A stretch of 64,000 nt of DNA. Source: an uncultured Akkermansia sp. (lineage in GTDB: Bacteria; Bacteroidota; Bacteroidia; Flavobacteriales_D; Crocinitomicaceae). Each line of letters begins with the position of its first letter. Within the stretch, counting starts at the first letter, position 1. Positions 1 to 9,938 of this stretch are shown here, piece by piece. The position numbers were made by a program, and so were the translations under genes. Location: assembly GCA_964526595.1 (NCBI GenBank), contig CAZGJF010000007.1:827-64826 (forward strand), in the 5' to 3' direction. The notes under the pieces are model-generated. The model worked only from the letters and a program-made list of their open reading frames with translations, was not told the origin of the DNA and searched no databases.

Positions 1-187
1 CGTTACTTGCCACATAAGTCCCGCTAGTTTTACCTCGTTTGGCTGTGTTTCTAATCAATTCTCTACTAATAGTAGATGGACTTACACCAAGTTCTTGAGC
101 AATCATTTTTTGTTTCATTCCTACCTTAATGTAGGCTTCAATCTGATATCTTTGTATCAAACTGAGATGTGTGTAATTTTTTGACAT
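1..187 (-). mobile_element. IS30-family transposase, N-terminal HTH portion only; the gene runs off the left window edge
   Basis: Reverse-strand translation from the ATG (complement of 185-187) gives MSKNYTHLSLIQRYQIEAYIKVGMKQKMIAQELGVSPSTISRELIRNTAKRGKTSGTYVASN... The 'GxSxSTISRELxRN' helix-turn-helix is the typical N-terminus of IS30-type transposases. It is absent from the ORF track because the window truncates it. Confidence 0.7.
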
Positions 188-298
188 AAGCAATCCAAAG
201 ATTGCACTACTTGGGAAAATGGCAAAATGCCCTCAAAAGCATTTTGTCATTTGTTTCTAAAAATTGCACTTATGTGTTGAACTCAGCTATCAACTAAA

Positions 299-1048
299 AT
301 GAAATTAGAGAATTTTACAAAGGAGCAAGTTGAACTTGGAGAATTTCCGTTAATTGAAATCTTAAGGGAATCATTATTCTACCCCGCATGCGGATTCGAC
401 GGTAATATTATTAGACTCTGTAATACACAGGTAACAGATTTTAGCATCAATAGCTTTATCTTTTGTGATTATCATACTGATGAGAGCGAATTGCAAGAAG
501 TCCTTAATAATTTCAAAGGATATGAAGTATTTGCAACTAGACATATATCTCCTAATGAACTGTATCCGCCTAACCATCAATCTAGATTCATTCTTCCACC
601 TACTGATGACAAAAGTAATTATTCTAAATCTTCGCGATTCAAAAATAATTGGAAACCTTTTGCAAAGTGGATAATATATGAACGTAAAGATAATTTTGAA
701 GGGAATCACGGTACAAAAAGATTTTCCATGCTATACATTGGTGGAGAAGCTGTTGAAGTATATCAAAAATTATATTGGGATAATTGCCTATTCCCTAAGG
801 CTCTGGCAATAATCAGACCTGGCACTGGTTTTGGATTCAATTACACCGATTTTTATGATCAGAATAAAGCATTAGCATGGTCTGTATTAAATAATGATGC
901 TGGTATACCGAATTTTATTTTTACCGATAGAAACGATTTAAATTGGTTTAACAAGTATGTTTTGTTTGATCATTTTAACGATTATCGTTATGAAACCTAT
1001 TTAAGATCTTACTATGGTTCAATAAAACTTTTTAAACAAATAAGTTAG
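299..1048 (+). CDS. Hypothetical cytoplasmic protein, paralog A of a tandem pair; no family recognised
   Basis: ATG-initiated 249-aa ORF with no signal peptide. It shares ordered blocks with the next ORF: FYPACGFDG / YYPGSGNDI, FIFCDY / FFCDY, RFSMLYIGGEAVEVYQKL / RFFQLGTEGVGTYRIL, and GTGFGFNYTDFY / DHGFGGNWHDNYW. Confidence 0.6.
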   Translation: MKLENFTKEQVELGEFPLIEILRESLFYPACGFDGNIIRLCNTQVTDFSINSFIFCDYHTDESELQEVLNNFKGYEVFATRHISPNELYPPNHQSRFILPPTDDKSNYSKSSRFKNNWKPFAKWIIYERKDNFEGNHGTKRFSMLYIGGEAVEVYQKLYWDNCLFPKALAIIRPGTGFGFNYTDFYDQNKALAWSVLNNDAGIPNFIFTDRNDLNWFNKYVLFDHFNDYRYETYLRSYYGSIKLFKQIS

Positions 1049-1075
1049 TATACAAAATATTTCTTATTCAGCATT

Positions 1076-1747
1076 ATGAAAACCAATAATTTAAACAATT
1101 CAAAAAATTATATCAAATCAATAACTAAAGTATATTATCCAGGTTCTGGAAATGATATAGATACCTTACAATTCATACTTAATGAATTTCCACATGCTAA
1201 AGAGATTTTTTTCTGTGATTATCTTCTCCACATTTCAACGGAAGATTTAGCGACAATTCAAGATTGGGAAGTGATTAGAATAATTAATTTATTTCCATCT
1301 GATTTTGGAAAACAAAGTTGGGGAGATTTTTGGTTTGAAAACCAAAATAGTACATCTTTTTCAGGACCGAACCAGAATCTATCCAATCTTTTTATTTTAT
1401 ATAATAAAATCACACACAATATTGTAAGGTTCTTTCAGTTGGGAACAGAGGGAGTTGGTACATACAGAATTCTGAAAAGCTGTGACCTAAATCCAAATTT
1501 GATTTTTTTAGCCGACCATGGATTTGGTGGAAATTGGCATGATAATTATTGGGGAGAGCCAGCTCCGAATTACAATGGCACTTCATATTTAAAATCATTT
1601 GCAAGATATAATAACTATATCATGGTGGATAAAATCACAAATCCTTGGACTGATTTCACCGAAAATAATGTTTTTCACAATTCTAGATGGACATTATATT
1701 ACAGAGCTTCACATAGAAATCGTTTAAATTCAAATCGAGGTCTGTGA
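1076..1747 (+). CDS. Hypothetical cytoplasmic protein, paralog B of the tandem pair
   Basis: ATG-initiated 223-aa ORF lying 27 nt after paralog A, with the shared motif blocks listed for 299-1048. The 'VYYPGSGNDxxxL..(about 20 aa)..IFFCDY' stretch looks like a Rossmann beta1-Gly-loop / beta2-acidic pattern. That reading is inference only. Confidence 0.6.
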   Translation: MKTNNLNNSKNYIKSITKVYYPGSGNDIDTLQFILNEFPHAKEIFFCDYLLHISTEDLATIQDWEVIRIINLFPSDFGKQSWGDFWFENQNSTSFSGPNQNLSNLFILYNKITHNIVRFFQLGTEGVGTYRILKSCDLNPNLIFLADHGFGGNWHDNYWGEPAPNYNGTSYLKSFARYNNYIMVDKITNPWTDFTENNVFHNSRWTLYYRASHRNRLNSNRGL

Positions 1748-1804
1748 TTAATTAATCAAAATGACCATTTCATCCCATTTTTTAGTGACTAAATTTTGTA
1801 ATTT

Positions 1805-2392
1805 ATGAAAAAGATAATCACACTAATTTTTTTGCTTTATTGTGTATGTTCTTGTGATACAAAGAATAATTCTCATAACAAATCAAAAAAACAAAAACCT
1901 AAAATTGAAATAATTTATGAAACATCAAATTTTAAATTGTACGGATATTCATCGATAGATAAATCTAAAATTTTAAATTCAATAATAAAATTTGAACCAT
2001 ATATTGGATTTGAAGATTTTAAAGTTGTAAATACTCTCGACACAAAACATGCCATTCTTGACTTAAAGTCAAATATAAATGCCTATAACTTTCGTACATT
2101 GATAAGAATAAAGTATAGTGAAAAAAATGCAAATTTTGCTGGCCATTATACTTTTGTTGATTGGGGTTGTGGGTCTCCTTGTTATAATAGTCTCTTAATC
2201 GATAGGCAAACAGGCAAAATATATGACTCTCCAGATGCCGTATTTGGATATGATTTTCGTTCAAATAGTAGGATGTTAATTGTAAACCCTCCAGATTCCA
2301 ATGGATTTTATTCTGATTTTGGTTATTCTAAACCAGTAATATACATTTTTGACGAACACACCAAGAAATTTTTATTAAGAAAACCAAAATAA
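1805..2392 (+). CDS. Putative lipoprotein, unknown function
   Basis: Signal peptide with Cys-rich lipobox-like end (MKKIITLIFLLYCVCSC/D), a Lys-rich linker, then a block FAGHYTFVDWGCGSPCYNSLLIDRQTGKIY. Confidence 0.55.
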   Translation: MKKIITLIFLLYCVCSCDTKNNSHNKSKKQKPKIEIIYETSNFKLYGYSSIDKSKILNSIIKFEPYIGFEDFKVVNTLDTKHAILDLKSNINAYNFRTLIRIKYSEKNANFAGHYTFVDWGCGSPCYNSLLIDRQTGKIYDSPDAVFGYDFRSNSRMLIVNPPDSNGFYSDFGYSKPVIYIFDEHTKKFLLRKPK

Positions 2393-2503
2393 GAAACATT
2401 TTTTTTGAATTTGGAACCCCTTTTTTCTCTGTAATTGGAATATCGCACAATAAAAAGACACTTTTTAGATGAGCTTAAAGGCCATCATTCAAATCTCATG
2501 ACT

Positions 2504-4678
2504 TTAATTGGCCATTTCACTCATGAATTTTATGCGCATCAGACGTAATTCCTCTTCGGTAAATTCACCATCAAATTCGTGGTATGCCGCTTTAAGGTCA
2601 TCCGTTTCAGCTTCCTTGAAGTATTCATAAATATCTTGTTGATTTTCTTTATCCAGAATTTCGTCAATATAATAATTGATGTTTACTCGGGTACCTGAAG
2701 AAACAATAGCCTCAATCTCTTCAATGACTTCTTCCAAGTTTTTTCCTTGAGAATGCCCGATGTCATCTAAGGGTAATTTACGGTCAATGTTTTGAATCAA
2801 TTGAACTTTTAAGCCTGATTTGTTAACTAGAGATTTTACAATTAAATCCTGAGGTCTTTCAATTTCATGCTCCTCAACATAATTTCTTATTAAGGCAGCA
2901 AAGGGTTCTCCATACCTTGATGCTTTTCCTGTTCCAACACCCTGAATATTGGTTAATTCTTCAATACTTATCGGATATTGAAAACACATATCTTTCAAAG
3001 AAGGCTCCTGAAAAATGACGAATGGAGGAACACCTAAATGTTTGGAAATACTCTTTCGAAGATCAAGTAACATGTCGTATAATGTTTCATCAAACGCAGT
3101 TCCCTTTCCTGACACAATAATAGTTGTATCATCATCAGTGTTTGAAAAATCATGTTCCTGAATCAATTGAAATGACTGTGGATTCTTCAGAAATTCTTTA
3201 CCTTGTTCGGAAAGCTTTAGAACACCATAGGATTCAATATCTTTGTATAATAATCCTCCTACTAAAACCTGTCTGATAACTGCATTCCAAAAATGTTCAT
3301 CCTTGTCTTTTCCACAACCAAATCCTGGATATGACTGATGCTTATACGATTTAATCTCCGAAGTAATGTTTCCGGATAAGAATGCACAATAATGCTTAGC
3401 TTTTTGGGTTTCTTTAAGGTCAATAACAGCCTGCAATAGCATTTGAACATATTCACTTCCTTCTTTCCGCTCTTTGGGATGTTTGCAATTATCGCAAAAT
3501 TCATTACAATCCTTTTCGTCAAACGTTTCCCCAAAATAATGCAAAATGAATTTTCGTCTACAAACGGAAGTTTCCGCATAAGAAACAATTTCATGTAATA
3601 ATAAGCGCCCTATTTCTAGTTCTGCTACAGGTTTTCCATGCAAAAATTTCTCTAATTTTTCTATGTCCTTATAACTGTAAAACGCAATACATTCTCCATC
3701 TCCTCCATCTCTGCCGGCTCTGCCGGTTTCTTGATAGTAACTTTCGATTGATTTGGGAATATCATGATGAATCACGTATCGTACATCAGGTTTATCAATT
3801 CCCATTCCAAATGCTATTGTTGCAACAATTACTTCTGCTTCTTCCATCAAAAACATATCCTGATGTTTTGCCCGGGTAGCAGAATCCAATCCGGCATGAT
3901 AAGCCAAGGCATTGATTCCATTGACTTGCAATAACTCAGCCATCTCTTCTACTTTTTTTCTGCTCAAACAATAAATGATACCACTCTTTCCTTGTTTTGA
4001 ACGGATAATTTTGACGATTTGCTTTTCAATATCTCTTTTAGGGCGTATCTCATAGTATAAATTTTCCCTGTTAAACGAAGACTTAAAAACAACGGCATCC
4101 ATCATATTCAAATTTTTCTGAATATCATACTGAACCTTTGGCGTGGCAGTTGCAGTTAAAGCAATGATCGGAACATTGGAAATTTTTTCAAAAATTTCCC
4201 TCAACCTACGATATTCAGGTCTGAAATCATGTCCCCATTCTGAAATACAATGTGCTTCATCTATTGCAAAAAATGAAATATCAACTGAAGTGAGAAAATC
4301 TATGTTCTCTTGTTTCGTGAGTGATTCGGGAGCAACGTATAGAAGTTTAGTTTTTCCGTTTTGTATATCTTGCTTAACATTAGCAATTTCTGATTTAGTT
4401 AAAGACGAATTTAAAAAATGTGCAATTGACTCTGAATCTGTAACGTTTCTAATAGCATCTACTTGATTTTTCATCAAAGCAATCAATGGAGAAACGATAA
4501 TCGCTGTTCCATTTAATAACAATGCCGGTAACTGGTAACACATGGATTTACCACCACCTGTTGGCATAATAACAAAGGTGTTTTTTCCGGAAAGCAGGTT
4601 GTTTATAATATCTTCCTGCTTCAATTTAAAAGTATCGAACCCAAAGTACTTTCGAAGTGCCTCCTTGAGATTGTGCAT
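2504..4678 (-). CDS. recQ: ATP-dependent DNA helicase RecQ
   Basis: Walker A MPTGGGKS, DEAH box FAIDEAHCISEWGHDFRPEYRRL, a Zn-binding Cys cluster (CRRKFILHYFGE...CNEFCDNCKH) and an HRDC-like C-terminus. The ORF-track start at 4687 is TTG, so I use the first ATG at 4678. Confidence 0.95.
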   Translation of the reverse strand: MHNLKEALRKYFGFDTFKLKQEDIINNLLSGKNTFVIMPTGGGKSMCYQLPALLLNGTAIIVSPLIALMKNQVDAIRNVTDSESIAHFLNSSLTKSEIANVKQDIQNGKTKLLYVAPESLTKQENIDFLTSVDISFFAIDEAHCISEWGHDFRPEYRRLREIFEKISNVPIIALTATATPKVQYDIQKNLNMMDAVVFKSSFNRENLYYEIRPKRDIEKQIVKIIRSKQGKSGIIYCLSRKKVEEMAELLQVNGINALAYHAGLDSATRAKHQDMFLMEEAEVIVATIAFGMGIDKPDVRYVIHHDIPKSIESYYQETGRAGRDGGDGECIAFYSYKDIEKLEKFLHGKPVAELEIGRLLLHEIVSYAETSVCRRKFILHYFGETFDEKDCNEFCDNCKHPKERKEGSEYVQMLLQAVIDLKETQKAKHYCAFLSGNITSEIKSYKHQSYPGFGCGKDKDEHFWNAVIRQVLVGGLLYKDIESYGVLKLSEQGKEFLKNPQSFQLIQEHDFSNTDDDTTIIVSGKGTAFDETLYDMLLDLRKSISKHLGVPPFVIFQEPSLKDMCFQYPISIEELTNIQGVGTGKASRYGEPFAALIRNYVEEHEIERPQDLIVKSLVNKSGLKVQLIQNIDRKLPLDDIGHSQGKNLEEVIEEIEAIVSSGTRVNINYYIDEILDKENQQDIYEYFKEAETDDLKAAYHEFDGEFTEEELRLMRIKFMSEMAN

Positions 4679-4870
4679 TGCTATCAAAAAGCTAAATTAT
4701 GATTAGGTTAATTTAATGATTTTTTAATTACATCTTAAAGTTAACCAAAACATTAAGATAATTTTGTTTTCTAATGAATTTTGAGACAAAATCATCTTGT
4801 TTGTTGCCCGATAATAACAAATTTCTACAATCGGAGAGAATGCGGATAATTTGCAAAAATAAATCTACGG

Positions 4871-7800
4871 TTACCTGATTAATGAAATGTGACCGGAATA
4901 TGTTTTGTATTCATCACTTTCAGATGATTTAAACACAATTCTCCAAGTGTAAATACCTTCACTAACCATCATAGCTGAGGATCCAGCTCCATAAGTTCCG
5001 TCCCAACCCACATTTGCATCATGCGATTCAAATAATGTTTGACCCCAACGATTGTAAACGAACAAGGAATAATTATAAGGATCATAACCCGATGAAAACA
5101 CTGGTTTAAATTGTTGATTAAAGTTATCTCCGTCAGGTGTGAATGTGTTTGGAATGAAGAATAGCAGATATTCTGATAAACGAACAATTTTAGTGGTACT
5201 GTCTCGACATCCTTCGGGTGTAATAGCCGTTAATGTAATGAGGTGATTGCCAAAATCTGCATTTGCATAATCGTGTTCAGGATTTACTTCAGTTGAAATT
5301 TCCGAACCATCTCCAAAATCCCAAAAATAGGTAACCGCACCCACAGAATTATTAGTGAATGTAACATTTGCATCAGATGATTCTACTGTTGTGGATGACA
5401 CATCGAATGAAGCCATCGGTGTTTCATTAACACAAATGATTGAATTTTGTGTACTTGAATTTATACAACCGTTTGATGTAGTAACAGTTAATGTAACATC
5501 AAAACAACCACCTTGATTAAATGTATTGAAAACGGAACCACACCCACTTAATGTGGTGCCATTACTGATAGTCCAAATACAGTTTGAGGACGAGGGTTCA
5601 TTATTGGTGAAATTAACATTCAGAGGCGTACACCCACTTAGTTGGTCAGCAACAAATGATGCATCAGGTAATGGATATACATTAACAACAACGCTATCAA
5701 AACCTGAACAGATATCAGATGTATCTGTCACTGTATAAGTGGTTGAACCCAAGGTAGGAGTGAAAGATACTCCATTTTGGATATTGTTGTTCCATACGTA
5801 TAAATTTGCACTGGATCCTGTGAGTGTTACTGTTTCGTTTTCACAAACATTCACATCATTCCCCGCAAAAATGGTGGAAACGGGATTCACATATACCATC
5901 ACTGAATCTGAATTTTTGCATCCAATCAACGTACTACCTATTACTTTGTATAGTGTTGAGTCAGTTGGAGTAAAAGCAACGTTATTAACAACTGAGGAAG
6001 GTGTCCAAGCGAATGTGTTTGCCCCACCTTGTGAAGCAATAGGTGTAACACTTAAAGTAATTTGTGTTCCTTCGCAAACAGTGATTGTATCCGGACCTAA
6101 TTCAACGGTTGGTAATTTTTTAATGTTAACATTTACAGTATCCATATCACTGCAGCCATTATCTAATGTGCCTTTCAGTACATATTTTATTACTGTATCA
6201 ACCGAAGTGGTATAACCCTGGAAAATAACACCGGAACCGGAGGTAGCGTTCAGGTAGCTGTTGGTATTACCTGGTAAAGGATCTAAGAGTGCCCAGATGA
6301 AAAAATTGGCTCCGGATCCTGTTAGAACTTTCGTCGTTCCGGAACACAAGTTCATAACATCATTCCCCGTAACAGTAGGAGGAGCATTTACAACCACATT
6401 GATGTTGTCAGAAGAAGAACATTCAGTGACTGCTGTTCCATCATTGGTATATGATACTGTTCCTGTTACTGCATAAGATATTGTACCTGAGCTTGGACTG
6501 ATAAAACTGATGGTATCACCTAAATCTTGATAGATAGGCACTGTTGAATTCCAAGTGTAATCAGTAGCACCATTTGCTATCAATTGGATAGTATCACCCT
6601 TACATTTCGAACTAATGGGAGTTATCGTTACATCAGGTGTTTGATTAACAATAACGGTGGTAATATCAGTTTTTGTACAGATACCATCTGTAATCGTTAA
6701 CATATACACTCCTGCCATTGTCGAATCGCAATTTGGAATAGTTGGGCTTTGTAAATTACTTGAAAAGTTATTTGGCCCAGTCCAACTATAAGTAAAAATT
6801 GTCGTATCTTCAGTACCACCCAATAATTCTATCGTTGATGAAGAGCAGTAAATACCAGAGGTGTCCGCTATTGCATTACACTGGCACGCTATGTCGTTTG
6901 GATCAAATACAGTAACTGTTGAATATGCTATTCCATTCCCGCAGGTATTTGTTCCAGTTATCTCATAAATCGTTGTTGTAGTAGGGTTGGCGTAAACTAG
7001 AGCTCCGCTCGTTGTACTTAATGCTGAAACATCACCCCCCCCCCAAACATAAGAATCAGCTCCGGATGCAGTTAATGTTGTGATAGAAGCAGGACAAATA
7101 CCGGCATTATTAACAACCACTACAGGTGGTATCCAAACAAATACAGTAGCCGAAGCATTGGAGATGCAACCATTTAAATTATAAACACAAGAATAAACGG
7201 TTGTATCATTTGGAGTAACTGTAATCGTTGAAGTAGTTTCTCCCCCAGGTGACCATAAAAACGTGCCTCCGGGTACAGAAGGTACTGCAGTTAAGGTTGA
7301 GCTTTCACCTATGCAAATCGTATCAGATAAAATGTGGAATGGCGTTGCAAAATTTTCAACCACGATCGTTTTCACAACCGGTGAAGTGCAAGAATTGTTA
7401 AAGTCATCAATAGTTACTGTATAAGTTCCCTCACTTAAATTTGAAGCGATTGGACCATTACCTCCTGATGGAGCCCACAAATAGGTATATGGTGGATTTC
7501 CTCCGACAGCAGTCACCTGAGCACTACCATTTCCTAATCCGCAACTTTCATTGATAATGGTATCTATTGTTGCAGTTAATGCACCATCGCATTGAAGGAA
7601 ATCGACAAAAACCCCTGAATTTAATACACCATCCTGAACATCAGAAATGGCTAGTTTAAAATGGTAAGGCTGGCACGGAACAACACTAATCTGTTTTGTC
7701 AATACAGTAGTTAATCCATCATAAACAATGGTTGTACTGCTCGAATTATTAATATAATAAGCTGAATTTGTGTTCTGATTAATATTATTGATACTAGCGA

Positions 7801-8341
7801 TGGTAACGTTATCAGGCAAAGTAGCCACATTAATGTTTGTGTAATTTCCTCCTGCAGGATTGGGACCGGAAACAAAAAAACCAAATGCATCGTTAAATGC
7901 CGTTCCAACCCATTCGGGGTATTCTTCCGATCCAAAAACGAAACGAAGAGTGATAGATTGACACTCAGGGATTACATCAAATTCTAAAATGCAACAATCG
8001 TGAGTTGCTGCTGGATCAAGTGAAGCTAGTTGAGGATCACTGCAATTTGTTCCATTATTGTTTGATGACAATGCAACAGCCAAAGTATCAACATTAGCAA
8101 CAGACCCCGAAGTTAGTAACACACCGCTTTCTAAGGTAATACTTGTATTGGAACCGTTATCAAAATTGGCATAAGCATTTGAAGGACAATTGATTACAGG
8201 GTTAGTAATGTTGAGGCCCGGGCCAATAAAATCATTGATGATTTCTTGTGCAGAGGCACCTATATTTGACAGAATCAATTGTGCAAAACTTTGAGAACTA
8301 AAACAAAAAATAACTGCTAATACAAATAAAAATCGCTTCAT
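4871..8341 (-). CDS. Large T9SS-secreted surface protein: choice-of-anchor-L-like N-domain, SprB-type repeat, Ig-like repeats, two PKD domains and a type-B (gliding motility-associated / CHU_C) CTD
   Basis: Signal peptide MKRFLFVLAVIFCFSSQSFAQ. The N-domain has FVFGSEEYPEWVGTAFNDAFGFFVSG. The SprB-like repeat is CGLGNGSAQVTAVGGNPPYTYLWAPSGG...GTYTVTIDD. The PKD motif is YFWDFGDGS. The C-terminus is IPNTFTPDGDNFNQQF...VYNRWGQTLFES...GWDGTY...GIYTWRIVF...GHISLIR. Confidence 0.85.
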   Translation of the reverse strand: MKRFLFVLAVIFCFSSQSFAQLILSNIGASAQEIINDFIGPGLNITNPVINCPSNAYANFDNGSNTSITLESGVLLTSGSVANVDTLAVALSSNNNGTNCSDPQLASLDPAATHDCCILEFDVIPECQSITLRFVFGSEEYPEWVGTAFNDAFGFFVSGPNPAGGNYTNINVATLPDNVTIASINNINQNTNSAYYINNSSSTTIVYDGLTTVLTKQISVVPCQPYHFKLAISDVQDGVLNSGVFVDFLQCDGALTATIDTIINESCGLGNGSAQVTAVGGNPPYTYLWAPSGGNGPIASNLSEGTYTVTIDDFNNSCTSPVVKTIVVENFATPFHILSDTICIGESSTLTAVPSVPGGTFLWSPGGETTSTITVTPNDTTVYSCVYNLNGCISNASATVFVWIPPVVVVNNAGICPASITTLTASGADSYVWGGGDVSALSTTSGALVYANPTTTTIYEITGTNTCGNGIAYSTVTVFDPNDIACQCNAIADTSGIYCSSSTIELLGGTEDTTIFTYSWTGPNNFSSNLQSPTIPNCDSTMAGVYMLTITDGICTKTDITTVIVNQTPDVTITPISSKCKGDTIQLIANGATDYTWNSTVPIYQDLGDTISFISPSSGTISYAVTGTVSYTNDGTAVTECSSSDNINVVVNAPPTVTGNDVMNLCSGTTKVLTGSGANFFIWALLDPLPGNTNSYLNATSGSGVIFQGYTTSVDTVIKYVLKGTLDNGCSDMDTVNVNIKKLPTVELGPDTITVCEGTQITLSVTPIASQGGANTFAWTPSSVVNNVAFTPTDSTLYKVIGSTLIGCKNSDSVMVYVNPVSTIFAGNDVNVCENETVTLTGSSANLYVWNNNIQNGVSFTPTLGSTTYTVTDTSDICSGFDSVVVNVYPLPDASFVADQLSGCTPLNVNFTNNEPSSSNCIWTISNGTTLSGCGSVFNTFNQGGCFDVTLTVTTSNGCINSSTQNSIICVNETPMASFDVSSTTVESSDANVTFTNNSVGAVTYFWDFGDGSEISTEVNPEHDYANADFGNHLITLTAITPEGCRDSTTKIVRLSEYLLFFIPNTFTPDGDNFNQQFKPVFSSGYDPYNYSLFVYNRWGQTLFESHDANVGWDGTYGAGSSAMMVSEGIYTWRIVFKSSESDEYKTYSGHISLIR
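7035..7044 (-). repeat. Homopolymeric G10 tract (C10 on the + strand) inside the adhesin coding sequence
   Basis: The + strand reads atcaCCCCCCCCCCaaac. On the coding strand this is GTT TGG GGG GGG GGT GAT, encoding VWGGGD. Confidence 0.95.
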
Positions 8342-8492
8342 TAATATTGGTTATAAAATTTTTAATAAAACAAGCCAGACTACACATTTTCATAGCTAAA
8401 TTAGAAAAAAATCTGATATAGTAAAGACGCTAAAGTTCATCATAGGTTGCCGACTATTTCTTCAAATGTCTATATCTGAACAATGAATAAAA

Positions 8493-9350
8493 TTAACATA
8501 TTCGCAATATGTTTCCGAAATACAGTTCTTTTCCTGAACTTGATTTCATCCACAATTCTCCAATCTCACTTTTTCGATTTGGAAAATACAAATCAGCCAA
8601 TGACTCAATCAACGAAATTTCAATAGCAGGAGAGTATGTATTCATGATTAAAAAGCCATTTGCTCCCAGTAAACTTGAGGCTGTTTGGAGTAATTCGTCA
8701 ATTTTATCTTCGATTTTCCACCGTTCACCTTTAGTCCCTAGTCCCCAGGCAGGAGGATCCATAATGATTCCTTGGTAATGGTTTCCACGTTTTTTCTCGC
8801 GAACCAAAAACTTCATGGCATCTTCCAAAACCCATTTGATATTAAGTAAATTACTTTTCTCCATATTCGTTTTAGCCCATGAAATTGCTTGTTTTACAGA
8901 ATCAACATGAATAGTTTCCGCGCCTTTAAATCGTGCAATACAAGATGCTGCACCTGTGTAAGCAAATACATTTAAAAAGCGTGCCATCGGATTAATATGT
9001 TCTCTGATAAACTCCCAATTTGTTTGTTGTTCGGGAAACAAACCCAGATGTTTAAACTTAGTAAGCGATAGTTCTATGGTTAACTTTTCGTATTGTATGT
9101 CCCATGAGCTGGGAGTTTCTCTACCTTTTAGATTTTTCCAATAACCTGAATTGGTACCTTTGGAAACAAATTCCCAGTGAGCTACAGAATCCCATTCTGT
9201 AAAAGGAATTCCTGATTTGAAGTATGCTTGGATTTCCGGTCGAATAGTAATAATGGAACCCCAACGTTCGAGCTTTTTTCCGCCTCCCGCATCGATTAAT
9301 TCATAATCTTTCCAGGGATTGGAAAAAATTCGATGAACATCTAATTTCAC
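8493..9350 (-). CDS. Class I SAM-dependent methyltransferase (RlmI/RlmK-like rRNA methyltransferase fold)
   Basis: Motif I-like LNVFAYTGAAS and motif IV IIMDPPAWG. It has a GTG start whose last base overlaps the upstream stop (TAGTG). Confidence 0.7.
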   Translation of the reverse strand: MKLDVHRIFSNPWKDYELIDAGGGKKLERWGSIITIRPEIQAYFKSGIPFTEWDSVAHWEFVSKGTNSGYWKNLKGRETPSSWDIQYEKLTIELSLTKFKHLGLFPEQQTNWEFIREHINPMARFLNVFAYTGAASCIARFKGAETIHVDSVKQAISWAKTNMEKSNLLNIKWVLEDAMKFLVREKKRGNHYQGIIMDPPAWGLGTKGERWKIEDKIDELLQTASSLLGANGFLIMNTYSPAIEISLIESLADLYFPNRKSEIGELWMKSSSGKELYFGNILRIC

Positions 9351-9931
9351 TAGCGTGCTTTAGGCATTTTCTTCCGTCCCCCCATCATCTGAGCCATACG
9401 CATCTGATTCTTGGAGGGAGCCATTCTTAGCTGATTTAGCATCTGATTAATCTGGTCCTTAAGCATTCCGCTATTATCCAGTTTTTTAGCTTCGATGAGT
9501 AATTTTTCAGCTTCTGATTTTCTGCCGGTTTGAACACAGATTCCGGCAAGATGCATGCGAGCAACTGCATTATCTTGTTTAGTGCGCAATCCCAAAGTCA
9601 ATGCTTTTCGGATATATTGTTCTGACTTAGTAAAACCGTATTCTTGCGCGTTCATGACAGCTTTAAGAAAAAGTACATAGGCATGTTGCTTACGTGGCAA
9701 CAAATTTGGATGAGTGATTTTATTGATGTGTTTTTTGGCTTTTTCAGTATTCCCTAAGCGCATTTGATTCAATGCCAATATCATTTGTTCGTTTCTGAAA
9801 AATGAGAAAATAATGAGGGCGGTCACCACAATAAATGAAATTCCCCAACCCCAATTTCCATTGATGAATAAAAAGATATTGAAGTAAGTAGCTGTCAGAG
9901 CAATGACGCAGCGAATGATAAAACGTGTCAT
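9350..9931 (-). CDS. Membrane-anchored TPR-like protein, unknown function
   Basis: Two N-terminal hydrophobic helices (CVIALTATYFNIFLFI, ISFIVVTALIIFSFF) followed by helical repeat-like sequence and a basic tail. Confidence 0.4.
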   Translation of the reverse strand: MTRFIIRCVIALTATYFNIFLFINGNWGWGISFIVVTALIIFSFFRNEQMILALNQMRLGNTEKAKKHINKITHPNLLPRKQHAYVLFLKAVMNAQEYGFTKSEQYIRKALTLGLRTKQDNAVARMHLAGICVQTGRKSEAEKLLIEAKKLDNSGMLKDQINQMLNQLRMAPSKNQMRMAQMMGGRKKMPKAR

Positions 9932-9938
9932 ATAATAA

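Noticed and set aside
5526-6476. A series of + strand ORFs (5526-5738, 5739-6215, 6261-6476), with similar ones at 22635-22916, 24293-24711, 25436-25777 and 30578-50454, lying antisense to large genes
   Set aside because: They lie entirely inside long, motif-rich genes on the opposite strand (adhesins, mgtA and others). Their translations are low-complexity mirror images (V/T/S/P-rich) with no motifs. They are typical shadow ORFs.
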